Part shown: positions 49,810 to 61,689 of the stretch, piece after piece
How positions within the stretch are numbered: position 1 is the first letter of the stretch
How the letters are laid out: each line of letters begins with the position of its first letter
NCBI GenBank assembly: GCA_002269645.1
Contig: NIVC01000744.1
Span: 186,001 to 250,000, forward strand
Direction: 5' to 3'
DNA from: Macrostomum lignano
Lineage: Eukaryota
DNA length: 64,000 nt
The notes under the pieces: model-generated
What the model was told of the DNA's origin: nothing
Databases searched by the model: none
Seen by the model: only the letters and a program-made list of their open reading frames with translations
Position numbers and translations under genes: made by a program

Positions 49810-50530
49810 TGCTCTACCCACAGCTAGATCTTTGCACCCCACTCTACCCACCCCAGCTAGATCTTTGCACCCCACTCTACCCACCCCAGCTAGATCTTTG
49901 CACCCCACTCTACCCACCCCAGCTAGATCTTTGCACCCCATTCTACCCACCCAGCTAGATCTTTGCACCCCACTCTACCCACCTAAGCTAGATCTGCATC
50001 CACCTCAGCTAGATCTGCACCCACCTCAGCTAGATCTTCATCCACCTCAGCTAGATCTGCACCCACCTCAGCTAGATCTTCATCCACCTCAGCTAGATCT
50101 GCACCCACCTCAGCTAGATCTTCATCCACCTCAGCTAGATCTGCACCCACCACAGCTAGATCTGCACCTACCTCAGCTAGATCTGCACCCACCACAGCTA
50201 GATCTGCACCCACCACAGCTAGATCTGCACCCACCACAGCTAGATCTGCACCCACCACAGCTAGATCTGCACCCACCACAGCTAGATCTGCACCCACCAC
50301 AGCTAGATCTGCACCCACCACAGCTAGATCTGCACCCACCTCAGCTAGATCTGCACCCACCACAGCTAGATCTGCACCCACCTCAGCTAGATCTGCACCT
50401 ACCTCAGCTAGATCTGCACCCACCACAGCTAGATCTGCACCCACCACAGCTAGATCTGCACCCACCTCAGCTAGATCTGCACCCACCACAGCTAGATCTG
50501 CACCTACCTCAGCTAGATCTGCACCCACCT
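49810..50530. repeat. Intronic minisatellite: 33-bp unit then 21-bp unit (ccacctcagctagatctgcac)
   Basis: Fills DGK intron 2 up to the acceptor. Confidence 0.95.
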
Positions 50531-50538
50531 CACCGCAG

Positions 50539-51466
50539 GCATGCAGTGCCGCTGGTGCAAGGTCAGCCTGCACAACAAGTGCGCGGAGCAGTGGACCAGC
50601 GAGTGCGACCTCGGCGCCCTCCGCGAGCACGTGCTGCCCCCACGGCGATCTTCCCCGCCGTACTGGACCGCGGCAGGCCGGCGGCGGCAGCCAACGAGAG
50701 CCTCCCCAACAGCCAGTCCGCCGGGTCGCAGCTGGACCAGCTGGCCTGCTCGCCTCATCAGCAGTCCTCCAGCTTCCAGATTGTGCCGCCCTCCGGCTGC
50801 GTGCCGCTGCTGGTGTTCATCAACCCGAAGTCTGGCGGCAAGCAGGGAGTCCGCATTCTGCACAAGATGCAGTACCTGCTGAACCCGCGCCAGGTGTACG
50901 ACCTGGTGAAGGACGGCGGGCCGTACATCGGGCTGAACTTTTTCAGGGAGCTGCCGCAGTTCCGCATCCTGGTGTGCGGCGGCGACGGCACGGCGGGCTG
51001 GCTGCTGGAGGCCATGGACAAGTTCGACTGGGGCGACAACCGGCCGCCGGTGGCCGTGCTGCCCCTGGGCACCGGGAATGACCTGGCCCGGTGCCTGCGC
51101 TGGGGCGGCGGCTACGAGAACGAGAGCCTGGAGAAAATTCTGCACCGCATCAGCCAGGGCAGCGTGATGCTGCTGGACCGCTGGAAGATCAACTTCTCCG
51201 AGCCCGCGCCGGAGAACAACGGCGACGCGGCCGAGGCTGGCGACGCTGGCAGCGGCGCCGGGGCGGCCGCGGAGGACCCGGCGGGGGCGGCGGCTGTCGA
51301 GCCAGCCCGGGACGAGATCCCCGCCACAATCATCAACAACTACTTCAGCATCGGGGTGGACGCGGCCATCGCGCACCGGTGGCACCTGTTGAGGGAGAAG
51401 CACCCGGAAAAATTCAAGTCGCGATTTCGGAACAAGGCCTACTATGTGGAGATGGGCGCGACCGAG
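50539..51466 (+). CDS. DGK: DGK exon 3: end of C1B and catalytic domain; apparent 1-nt deletion at C run 50637-50641
   Basis: MQCRWC..HNKC..C, PLLVFINPKSGG, CGGDGTAGW, PLGTGNDLAR, NNYFSIGVDA; the frame switches at EHVLPP|TAIFP. Confidence 0.9.
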
Positions 51467-51479
51467 GTGCGGAGGCTTG

Positions 51480-52200
51480 CTGGGATTCGGGGACTGGGAC
51501 TCAGGGACTCCGGGTCTCGGGGACTAGGGACTCTGGGATTCGGAAACTGGGACTCTGGGATTCGGGGACTGGTACTCTCGGACTCGGGGACTGGGACTCT
51601 GGGATTCGGGGACTGGTACTCTCGGACTCGGGGACTGGGACTCGGGGACTGGGACTCTGGGATTCGGGGACTGGTACTCTAGGACTCGGGGACTCGTACT
51701 CTGGGATTCGGGGACTGGGACTCTAGGATTCGGGGACTGGGACTCTGGGATTCGGGGACTGGTACTCTAGGACTCGGGGACTGGTACTCTAGGACTCGTG
51801 GACTGGGACTCTGGGATTCGGGGACTGGTACTCTAGGACTCGGGGACTGGTACTCTAGGACTCGTGGACTGGGACTCTGGGATTCGGGGACTGGTACTCT
51901 AGGACTCGGGGACTAGTACTCTGGGATTCGGGGACTGGGACTCTAGGATTCGGGGACTGGGACTCTGGGATTCGGGGACTGGTACTCTAGGACTCGGGGA
52001 CTGGTACTCTCGGATTCGGGGACTGGTACTCTCGGATTCGGGGACTGGTACTCTCGGATTCGGGGACTGGTACTCTCGGATTCGGGGACTGGTACTCTCG
52101 GATTCGGGGACTGGGACTCTGGTATTCGGGGACTTGGATTCGGGGACTTGGATTCGGGGACTGTACTCTAGGACTCGGGGACTGGGACTCTGGGACTCGG
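51480..52200. repeat. G-rich intronic minisatellite, about 20-22 bp unit (ggggactggtactctgggattc)
   Basis: Starts about 15 bp after the donor at 51467. Confidence 0.92.
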
Positions 52201-52669
52201 GGATTTCTAGTCGGATTAGCCTGGCTTTAGGAATTAAGGGCTATGAATAGGAATTGCGGGTGGGGGCTGCGGCTATGAAGAGAGCAAGTGCTGCCTGCGC
52301 AGCAATGAAAGAATGAATCCTTCCAGGTCTGGGAGACCCCCGCTGTGATCTGCCTGTGCGCTTCAATCAGCTTTTATTACTGAGGCCTAATTCCGACCCC
52401 AATTATCGGAGTGGGCAGAGGCTGGGGCTTCAGAAATAGCAGCACCGCATCTACCACAGGCTGTCTTGCTGCTGTGTGATCTATTTTTATCCAATGCAGC
52501 AGCCCAGGTGGGGTCCGGTGTCTCCGGCTTCTTGCCCTGTCGCAGTTAGAGTTATTCGATTTCTTCTTCTGCTGCTGCTTCTGCGAACTTTTGGCTGACA
52601 TTTTCGGCTCGTGCGTTTTTTTGCCGGTCCAGACGGGGACACGGGTTCTGGATTAAAGAAGTTTGTGAA

Positions 52670-53210
52670 TATTTTTCCTTGTAAATTTTGTAGTTTTTTA
52701 ATATTACGGGTTGTGAAAATTCTAGTTTGTGAATATTCTAGTTTGTGAATATTCCAGTTTGTGAATATTCTGGTTTGTGAATATTCTGGTTTGTGAATGT
52801 TCTGGTTTGTGAATGTTCTGGTTTGTGAATGTTCTAGTTTGTGAGTATTCTAGTTTGTGAATATTCTAGTTTGTGAATATTCTAGTTTGTAAATATTCTG
52901 GTTTGTGAATGTTCTGGTTTGTGATTATTCTAGTTTGTGAGTATTCTAGTTTGTGAATATTCCAGTTTGTGAATATTCTGGTTTGTGAATATTCTGGTTT
53001 GTGAATATTCTAGTTTGTGAATGTTCTGGTTTGAGAATATTCTGGTTTGTGAATATTCTGGTTTGTGAATGTTCTAGTTTGTGAATATTCCAGTTTGTGA
53101 ATATTCTAATTTGTGAATATACTAGTTTGTGAATATTCTAGTTTGTGAATATTCTATTCTGTGAATATTCTAGTTTGTGAATGTTCTAGTTTGTGAGTAT
53201 TCTAGTTTTT
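52670..53210. repeat. 16-bp unit repeat (gtttgtgaatattcta)
   Basis: Tandem array. Confidence 0.92.
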
Positions 53211-53584
53211 GAGGCAACCCAAGTTCAGGAATCCAATCCAGGTTTATTGAAGAGTCCCCGACCGGTGCTGGAAACCCCAGAGACAGAGGAAAGCCAGTCA
53301 GGAAGGTAGGGGATATTTAGGGGATATTTATCCCCGCAAAGTTCTTGCCCGATCCTGTCCGGAATTCGGGCTGCAATGCTTTATTTAATCTAAAAGTTAT
53401 GAGCTGACAAGGACTGCCGGGCTGGGGGGGGGGGGCTCGCTGGCGAAACCAGCCAATTTAGAAAGTTTTTAATCCCTCGGCCGCCTCGGCACGAAATCCC
53501 GTCCTGAAACTGGGACTGCCGGTTGCTTAGGGATCGAAATTTAGCCTTGTTGGCCCCGGCTTTGCCGCCAGTTCGGTGCGAAGC

Positions 53585-54580
53585 CCAGATCCCCATGGTT
53601 GTTTTGAATCCCGTGAATCTTAGATCCCCATGGTTGGTGTGAATCCCGTGAATCCCAGATCCCCATGGTTGGTGTGAATCCCGCGAATCCCAGATCCCCA
53701 TGGTGTCTTGAATCCCGTGAATCCCAGATCCCCATGGTTGGTGTAAATCCCGTGAATCCCAGATCCCCATGGTTGGTGTGAATCCCGTGAATCCCAGATC
53801 CCCATGGTTGGTGTGAATCCCGTGAATCCCAGATCCCCATGGTTGGTGTGAATCCCGTGAATCCCAGATTCCCATGGTTGGTGTGAATCCCGTGAATCCC
53901 AGATCCCCATGGTTGGTGTGAATCCCGTGAATCCCAGATCCCCATTGTGGGTGTGAATCCCGTGAATCCCAGATCCCCATGGTTGGTGTGAATCCCGTGA
54001 ATCCCAAATCCCCATGGTTGGTGTGAATCCCGTGAATCCCAGATCCCCATGGTTGGTGTAAATCCCGTGAATCCCAGATCCCCATGGTTGGTGTGAATCC
54101 CGTGAATCCCAGATCCCCATGGTTGGTGTGAATCCCGTGAATCCCAGATCCCCATTGTGGGTGTGAATCCCGTGAATCCCAGATCCCCATGGTTGGTGTG
54201 AATCCCGTGAATCCCAGATCCCCATGGTTGGTGTGAATCCCGTGAATCCCAGATCCCCATGGTTGGTGTGAATCCTGTGAATCCCAGATCCCCATGGTTG
54301 GTGTGAATCCTGTGAATCCCAGATCCCCATGGTTGGTGTGAATCCCGTGAATCCCAGATCCCCATGGTTGGTGTGAATCCCGTGAATCCCAGATCCCCAT
54401 GGTTGGTGCGAACCCCAGATCCCCATGGATTGCGTGAATCCCAGATCCCCATGGATTGCGTGAATCCCAGATCCCCATGGTTGGTGTGAATCCCAGATCC
54501 CCATGCTTTGCTTGAATCCCAGATCCTCATGGTTGGTGTGAATCCCAGATCCCCATGCTTTGCGTGAATCCCAGATCCCT
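53585..54580. repeat. About 30-bp unit minisatellite (gtgaatcccagatccccatggttggtgtgaatccc-type)
   Basis: Tandem array in DGK intron 3. Confidence 0.94.
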
Positions 54581-54677
54581 ATAAGTCATTCACATACTCG
54601 TAGATCCCAAATCCCGATGACTCACATAAATCCAAGATCCCCGTGATTCACAAAAATTCCCACCCACATCCCCGCAG

Positions 54678-55265
54678 ATGCTGGGCGGGTCCTGCAAGAA
54701 CCTACACGAGAGCCTGGACATCATCTGTGACGGCTACGCCCTGGACCTGGGCTCAGGCACGCCGCTGGAGGGCATGGCGCTGCTCAACATCAACTCCGTG
54801 TACGGCGGCCGCACCCTGTGGGAGAACAACCGAAAGCGAAGCTCGGCGGCCGCGGCGGCAGCTGCCGCGGCTGCAGCGGCGTCGGGGCAGCAGGGCGGCA
54901 AGCGGAAGCCGAGCGGCGGAGCCAGCGGGAGCAGAGACCGCGAGCTGTCCAGTGCTTCCCTTAGCAACAACGAGCTGGCGTTCGCAGTGCAGGACATGGG
55001 CGACCAGCTCATTGAAGTTGTCGGCCTGGAGAACGCCGTCCACGCCGGCATGGTGGCCGGGGGGCTGCGCAGCTCCGGCAAGCGGCTGGCGCAGTGCAGC
55101 GAGGTGGTCATCCGCACCAGGAGGCGCTTCCCCATGCAGATCGACGGCGAGCCCTGGTCTCAGGCGCCCTGCACCATCAGCATCACCCACATGAACCAGG
55201 TGCCCATGATCATGGCGCCTCTGCCTGCCAAGAAGGGCGGCCTGCTGGGCCTCTTCTCCAAGTGA
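54678..55265 (+). CDS. DGK: DGK exon 4: accessory domain to stop
   Basis: SCKNLHE..CDG..LEGMALLNINSVYGG, DQLIEVVGLE, RLAQC, PMQIDGEPW; ccgcag| acceptor; TGA at 55263-55265. Confidence 0.93.
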   Translation: MLGGSCKNLHESLDIICDGYALDLGSGTPLEGMALLNINSVYGGRTLWENNRKRSSAAAAAAAAAAAASGQQGGKRKPSGGASGSRDRELSSASLSNNELAFAVQDMGDQLIEVVGLENAVHAGMVAGGLRSSGKRLAQCSEVVIRTRRRFPMQIDGEPWSQAPCTISITHMNQVPMIMAPLPAKKGGLLGLFSK

Positions 55266-56150
55266 CTCCCCCGACTCTACAGAGTGACCGACTAACTGCA
55301 CTCCCGATTCTGCAGAGTGACCGATAAACTGTGCCCCCCGATTCTGCAGAGTGACCGACAAACTGCACCCCCCGATTCTGCAGAGTGACCGACAAACTGC
55401 ACCCCCCGATTCTGCAGAGTGACCGACAAACTGCACTCCCGACTCTCCAGAGTGACCGACAAACTGCACTCCCGATTCTACAGAGTGACCGACAAACTGC
55501 ACTCCCGATTCTACAGAGTGACCGACAAACTGCACTCCCGACTCTGCAGAGTGACCGACAAACTGCACTCCCGACTCTGCAGAGTGACCGACAAACTGCA
55601 CTCCCGACTCTGCAGAGTGACCGACAAACTGCACTCCCGACTCTGCAGAGTGACCGACAAACTGCACTCCCGACTCTGCAGAGTGACCGACAAACTGCAC
55701 TCCCGATTCTACAGAGTGACCGACAAACTGCACTCCCGATTCTACAGAGTGACCGACAAACTGCACTCCCGATTCTACAGAGTGACCGACAAACTGCACT
55801 CCCGATTCTGCAGAGTGACCGACAAACTGCACTCCCGATTCTACAGAGTGACCGACAAACTGCACTCCCGATTCTACAGAGTGACCGACAAACTGCACTC
55901 CCGATTCTGCAGAGTGACCGACAAACTGCACTCCCGACTCTGCAGAGTGACCGACAAACTGCACTCCCGACTCTGCAGAGTGACCGACAAACTGCACTCC
56001 CGACTCTGCAGAGTGACCGACAAACTGCACTCCCGATTCTACAGAGTGACCGACAAACTGCACTCCCGACTCTGCAGAGTGACTGACAAACTGCACTCCC
56101 GACTCTGCAGAGTGACCGATAGACTGCGCCCCCCCCCCGATTCTGCAGAG
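55266..56150. repeat. Minisatellite, 33-bp unit (cagagtgaccgacaaactgcactcccgattctg)
   Basis: Starts directly after the DGK stop codon. Confidence 0.96.
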
Positions 56151-56619
56151 TGAACGACAAGCCCAAAACAGTTGGTTTTATTCTAGAAACAGAATTCGTG
56201 TTCCCCTTCCTCGCGCTGTGCAGCCGCGGTTCTCCCAGTAATTATTCGCAAGTCGCGACCGCTCCGCGTGTGCCGCGGTATTTCACCGAAATGTCTAATC
56301 AAAACCAGTTCTGTGTTGTAATCAGCCGCACCTCCCCCCCGCCGTACTCTGTTCGTCACATTTGCGCCGAAAACTTTGATTTCAGCTCGTGCACTGTTTT
56401 GCTGCTTTGCTGCAATAAGATGCCCCCTGACTGCCTGCCTTCCGCTTGGCCCCTGTGGTGTGTTGTTAATTGTAGCTCTTGCTCCTGCTGGCTCGATGGC
56501 TGCCACTCACTCTGCACCGTCTACTTCTCAGTCCACATTGTCTACTTCTTACTCTGCTCTGCCTAACTCTCACTTTGCATTGTCTACTTCTCCCTCTTCA
56601 TTGGCTACTTCTCCCTGTT

Positions 56620-57115
56620 TATTGGCTACTTCTCATTCTATTTTAGCTACTTCCCACTCTATTTTGGCTACATCTCACTCTACTTTAGCTACTTCTCACT
56701 CTACTTTAGCTACTTCTCACTCTATTTTAGCTCCTTCTCACTCTATTTTAGCTACTTCTCACTCTATTTTAGCTACTTCTCACTCTATTTTAGCTCCTTC
56801 TCACTCTATTTTAGCTACTTCTCACTCTATTTTAGCTACTTCTCACTCTATTGTAGCTACTTCTCACTCTATTTTAGCTACTTCTCACTCTACTTTAGCT
56901 CCTTCTCACTCTATTTTAGCTCCTTCTCACTCTATTTTAGCTACTTCTCACTCTATTTTAGCTACTTCTCACTCTATTTTAGCTACTTCTCACTCTATTT
57001 TAGCTACTTCTCACTCTATTTTAGCTACTTCTCACTCTACTTTAGCTACTTCTCACTCTATTTTAGCTACTTCCCACTCTATTGTAGCTACTTCTCACTC
57101 TATTTTAGCTACTTC
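56620..57115. repeat. Minisatellite, 21-bp unit (tcactctattttagctacttc)
   Basis: Tandem array. Confidence 0.94.
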
Positions 57116-58289
57116 TCTCTCTTCATTGGCTACTTCTCCCTCTATCCTATCTACCTATTCAAAGTAGATTATAACAGTATGCACAATACTGATTCTCACT
57201 ATATCATGTCTACTTCTACAATTTCCCATCTGTCGCCTTTACCGGATTTTCATATCTCAGTGAGCAGCTGATAAGATCATCCCCACCCCGCCCGGCCGCT
57301 TCCGGTGGAACGGAGCCCCGCATCCGCCGGAGAGGCCAGCAGTTATCGGCGCCCGCTGCCCTGTCGCAGGTGTTTATTTATTATTTTCACAGCGCATTCC
57401 GAAGTTGAAACCGTTGAACAAAACTCAAATCTGAGTCTTCGCGTGCGTGCAGTAAAAATTGTTGTGACTTTTTTGTGTTTTTCTCACCGTCTGCTCCGAC
57501 TGCCGACTGAGCTGCTTCGAGACCGAGGCGGACAAATTTTATAGCTGCACCAGCGTTGGCCCCGGTGTACAGCCGCCCTGACTTTCCAATTGTAAGGCAT
57601 GTACACTCTCTGTGGAAGGGGGGTTGGCCTCTCGGGTGGGAAGGACGAGCACGAGTCCCCAAATGAATGCGCAGAGCTCCCGCCGCCATGGAAGTCAGAC
57701 TATCTTAAACAGCAGAAAGTTTACCTTCAGGCCTATTGAGGGTTCGGGCAGTTGCTGCTGTTGACTGGCACCGAAGGCGGCTTGCAGCAGCACCAACTGG
57801 ATTTCTCTGTATATTGCTGTGATTATTTTGAGTTCTGATTTCCTGCTTTCGAGTAATTCTCTGCTTGTCTCCGCGCGTGCAATATTTATTGTTTTAGTGC
57901 ATAAATATACAAATACACAGTGTTTACCATATTAATTGTCTTGTGGAAGCTCGGCATGACTGACCGGCACTTGATACACCTGCTATTATCATAATAGTTA
58001 CTGATATTATTACCATAATTATTGATTATTGTCCCTCGTGGGAATCGCACTAAAAGTATTTTTGTTGCTGTTGTTGAGATCACTGAATCTACACGGCTAA
58101 AATTCACTGCAAGCTCTGGGGGGTACAGAAACTACACAGGGATTCCCGGTCTCGGATCCAGATGGCCCATCTTCCCAGGACCGAATATCCGAGGGCGGGG
58201 CTGCGAGCTGATTGAGGACTCAATGACTGTCTTTGAGTTCGGATCGGCCTCTCGCTTTGTAAAAACAGATGCGGCCGAGTTGCACCAAA

Positions 58290-58680
58290 CTTTGCTGAGC
58301 TGCCCCCCCCCGTCTGTCTCAGTTGCTGAGCTGCCCCCGTTTGTCTCAGTTGCTGAGCTGCCCCCGTCAGTTGCTGAGCTGCCCCCGTCAGTTGCTGAGC
58401 TGCCCCCGTCAGTTGCTGAGCTGCCCCCCCCCCGTTTGTCTCAGTTGCTGAGCTGCCCCCGTCTGTCTCAGTTGCTGAGCTGCCCCCCCCCGTTTGTCTC
58501 AGTTGCTGAGCTGCCCCCGTTTGTCTCAGTTGCTGAGCTGCCCCCCGTCAGTTGCTGAGCTGCCCCCGTCAGTTGCTGAGCTGCCCCCGTCAGTTGCTGA
58601 GCTGCCCCCGTCAGTTGCTGAGCTGCCCCCGTCAGTTGCTGAGCTGCCCCCGTCAGTTGCTGAGCTGCCCCCCGTCAGTT
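58290..58680. repeat. Minisatellite, about 21-bp unit (agttgctgagctgcccccgtc)
   Basis: Tandem array. Confidence 0.92.
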
Positions 58681-59399
58681 GGTGTGCGGCTTGATCTCCA
58701 ACTTGGGTCTCCTGTCTGCTTCTCACTCCACTTTTCTCTTTTCTGATCATCTCACTGTCTGCTTTTCAATCGACTTCCATCTCATCCTCTCAGTCTTCTA
58801 ATTCCTGTCTCAATTCTTCCCAGCAATTTCTCTCAATTCTCCCTTGGACTCGACCGCCATCGATTCGCCCTCCCCCCAGATCCTCGCTTATTACCCAGCC
58901 CACCTTCTCCACTTTCTCCTGATGCCCCGGTGCCTGGGCCGCCTCCCCACCTTGATTTCAGCGCTTCCCCTGCTCCGGTCCCGCCGGTCCATCTCTTCAT
59001 CCGGACTCGGGGGGGGGGGCTCCCAGCCTCTCCTCTGGCTACTCGCATTCTCCGTCCTCTACTTGTTCTGATCCTCGAAATTTGCCATCATGCAGCTCTC
59101 GCTGGGGATGCGGGCCGCCCGTCTCAGGTCCTCCTTCCCTCACTGTCCCCGTCCGCTCCCGCCCTTCCCTCAGCTGAGCTGGGGTGAAATTCTCAAAATC
59201 TGCCGCCCCATTCTCGCTGGACAGACGGAGAACTTCTTGGGCTCGGTCCCCAGTCCGTGCGCGAGCTGCCCGAGCGGGGGTTCGAGTTAATATCCCATCC
59301 TAATTGACTCGACTGCTGTCTCGGGATCCGCTTAGCTAGGCAACTCATCTTTTTATAGCACTGAGCTCTGCTGGGCAAGAGTGACGGCGAGTACTTTAC

Positions 59400-60135
59400 T
59401 GACCTGCTCAGGTAGGGATCCCATCTGATCAGGTGGGGATCTTATCTGATCAGGAGGAATATCATCTGATCAGGTGGGGATCTTATCTGATCAGGAGGAA
59501 TATCATCTGATCAGGTGGGGATCTTATCTGATCAGGTGGGGATCTTATCTGATCAGGAGGAATATCATCTGATCAGGTGGGGATCTTATCTGATCAGGAG
59601 GAATATCATCTGATCACGAGGGATCTCATATGCTCCCGTAGGGATCTCATCTGATCAGGGAGGGATCGCATCTGATCAGGGAGGGATCTTATCTGATCAG
59701 GGAGGGATCTTATCTGATCAGGGAGGGATCTCATCTGATCAGGGAGGGATCCCATCTGTTCAGGTAGCGATCTCATCTGTTCAGGTAGCGATCTCATCTG
59801 TTCAGGTAGCGATCTCATCTGTTCAGGTAGCGATCTCATCTGTTCAGGTAGCGATCTCATCTGTTCAGGTAGAGATCTCATCTGCTCAGGGAGAGATCTC
59901 ATCTGCTCAGGGAGAGATCTCATCTGCTCAGGGAGAGATCCCATCTACTCAGGTAGAGATCTCATCTGCTCAGGGAGAGATCTCATCTGCTCAGGGAGAG
60001 ATCTCATCTGCTCAGGGAGAGATCCCATCTACTCAGGGAGAGATCTCATCTGCTCAGGGAGAGATCCCATCTACTCAGGTAGAGATCTCAACTGCTCAGG
60101 TAGAGATCTCATCTGCTCAAGGAGAGATCTCATCT
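59400..60135. repeat. Minisatellite, 21-22 bp unit (atctcatctgatcagggaggg and variants)
   Basis: Tandem array with polarised variants. Confidence 0.92.
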
Positions 60136-60760
60136 GTTCAGGTACCGATTCAAGGTTTAAACCTTAGTAAAACTGATCGCTGATCATTTTGAGTACTTAT
60201 TGTCATCATTGATTTCCAGCCCGCCGCCTGTTGAGTCTAATGTCTTTCCTAGAATCAATTTAATTCACTCAGCTGAGCACAGGGGCTGTACATCTTCGCC
60301 ATTCCCTGTCCCAAGAATTCCGTGTTTCATTCGGCTCCGCCAATTTTTATTTCTCATTTTCAATTAATTTCCGGCACTTTCAATCAAGCCCGCCTCCCCC
60401 CTCCCCAGCTGCCGTATCCCTCATCAACCAGCTTCATCAAGCGACAGGCTCTGACTCCCAGCTGGGGATTCTGAGAGCCCGCGGCCCACCATCGCAGCGG
60501 CAATTAATTTAATCAGAGCAAATATTGGACACTTTTTTCTATTTTTACCACTTGCAGCCCCTCCCAATGCAGGGACTGGCGGGGTCCGGGCACCGCCCAT
60601 GGGCTGCACCTGCGGCTAAAAATAGAACTGGGCCAAGGAAGCCTTGAAATAGGATCTGGAGAGCGGACTCCTGCCTCAGTTCGCGCACAGGAGATGGGCG
60701 AGAAGTATCTGCAGCACTTCTGGCTTAGAGTTTCATTTCATTCCGGAAGGTAGACAAGCT

Positions 60761-61212
60761 GTCTCACTTTGTCTCACTCTGTCTCACTCTGTCTCACTCT
60801 GTCTCCCTTTGTCTCACTCTGTCTCACTCTGTCTCACTCTGTCTCACTCTGTCTCACTCTGTCTCACTCTGTCTCACTCTGTCTCACTCTGTCTCACTCT
60901 GTCTCACTCTGTCTCACTCTGTCTCACTCTGTCTCACTCTGTCTCACTCTGTCTCACTCTGTCTCACTCTGTCTCACTCTGTCTCACTCTGTCTCACTCT
61001 GTCTCACTCTGTCTCACTCTGTCTCACTCTGCCTCACTCTGCCTCACTCTGTCTCACTCTGTCTCACTCTGTCTCACTCTGTCTCACTCTGTCTCACTCT
61101 GTCTCACTCTGTCTCACTCTGTCTCACTCTGTCTCACTCTGTCTCACTCTGTCTCACTCTGTCTCACTCTGTCTCACTCTGTCTCACTCTGTCTCACTCT
61201 GTCTCACTCTGT
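60761..61212. repeat. 10-bp unit repeat (gtctcactct)
   Basis: Nearly pure array. Confidence 0.97.
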
Positions 61213-61689
61213 GCAAACCGAACAGATTAAATTGGTCTCTGCGTCTCATAAAGTTTCGGGAAAGAGTTTGGCACTCCAAATTCTGGTTCATGGCCTCCTT
61301 GGCCCATCTAAGAATGGGGATTTTCTCCCCCCTTTTATCCTTCAGCAAGCCACCGGCCGACGCCCTCGGTCTGTTTTGGGCCGCCGCCGAAGTCCCCGCC
61401 AGCCACGCCCCGGCGGCCAGAGTGACGCTTTCGAGTCCGCTTTGAGCTGGCCGGGAGAACAAAGGGAGGGTGCAGGTGGATGACGCGGATCGGGGGTGGC
61501 GGCTGGAAGGCGTTGGCTTAAAAGTACAATTTGGGGCATCGGCTGCACGGATTTCGTCAATTCTGTTGGGTTTGGGAATAATTTTTATTCTCATTATTGT
61601 GAATGGAAATTTATTCAATGTGTGTTGTTGAATTCTCCCCTTCATCCTGCCCAGCTATCAATCTGCCTTCCTCCCTGAGTGACTCGCTC

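Noticed and set aside
5976-55000. Hypothesis that intronic repeat units avoid AG on the sense strand
   Set aside because: True for some arrays (7905-8530, 17425-18757) but clearly false for others (5998-6482, 46255-48180)
57387-58558. ORFs in unique DNA downstream of DGK (e.g. CLTIGKSGRLYTGAN)
   Set aside because: No recognisable domain or consistent splice structure
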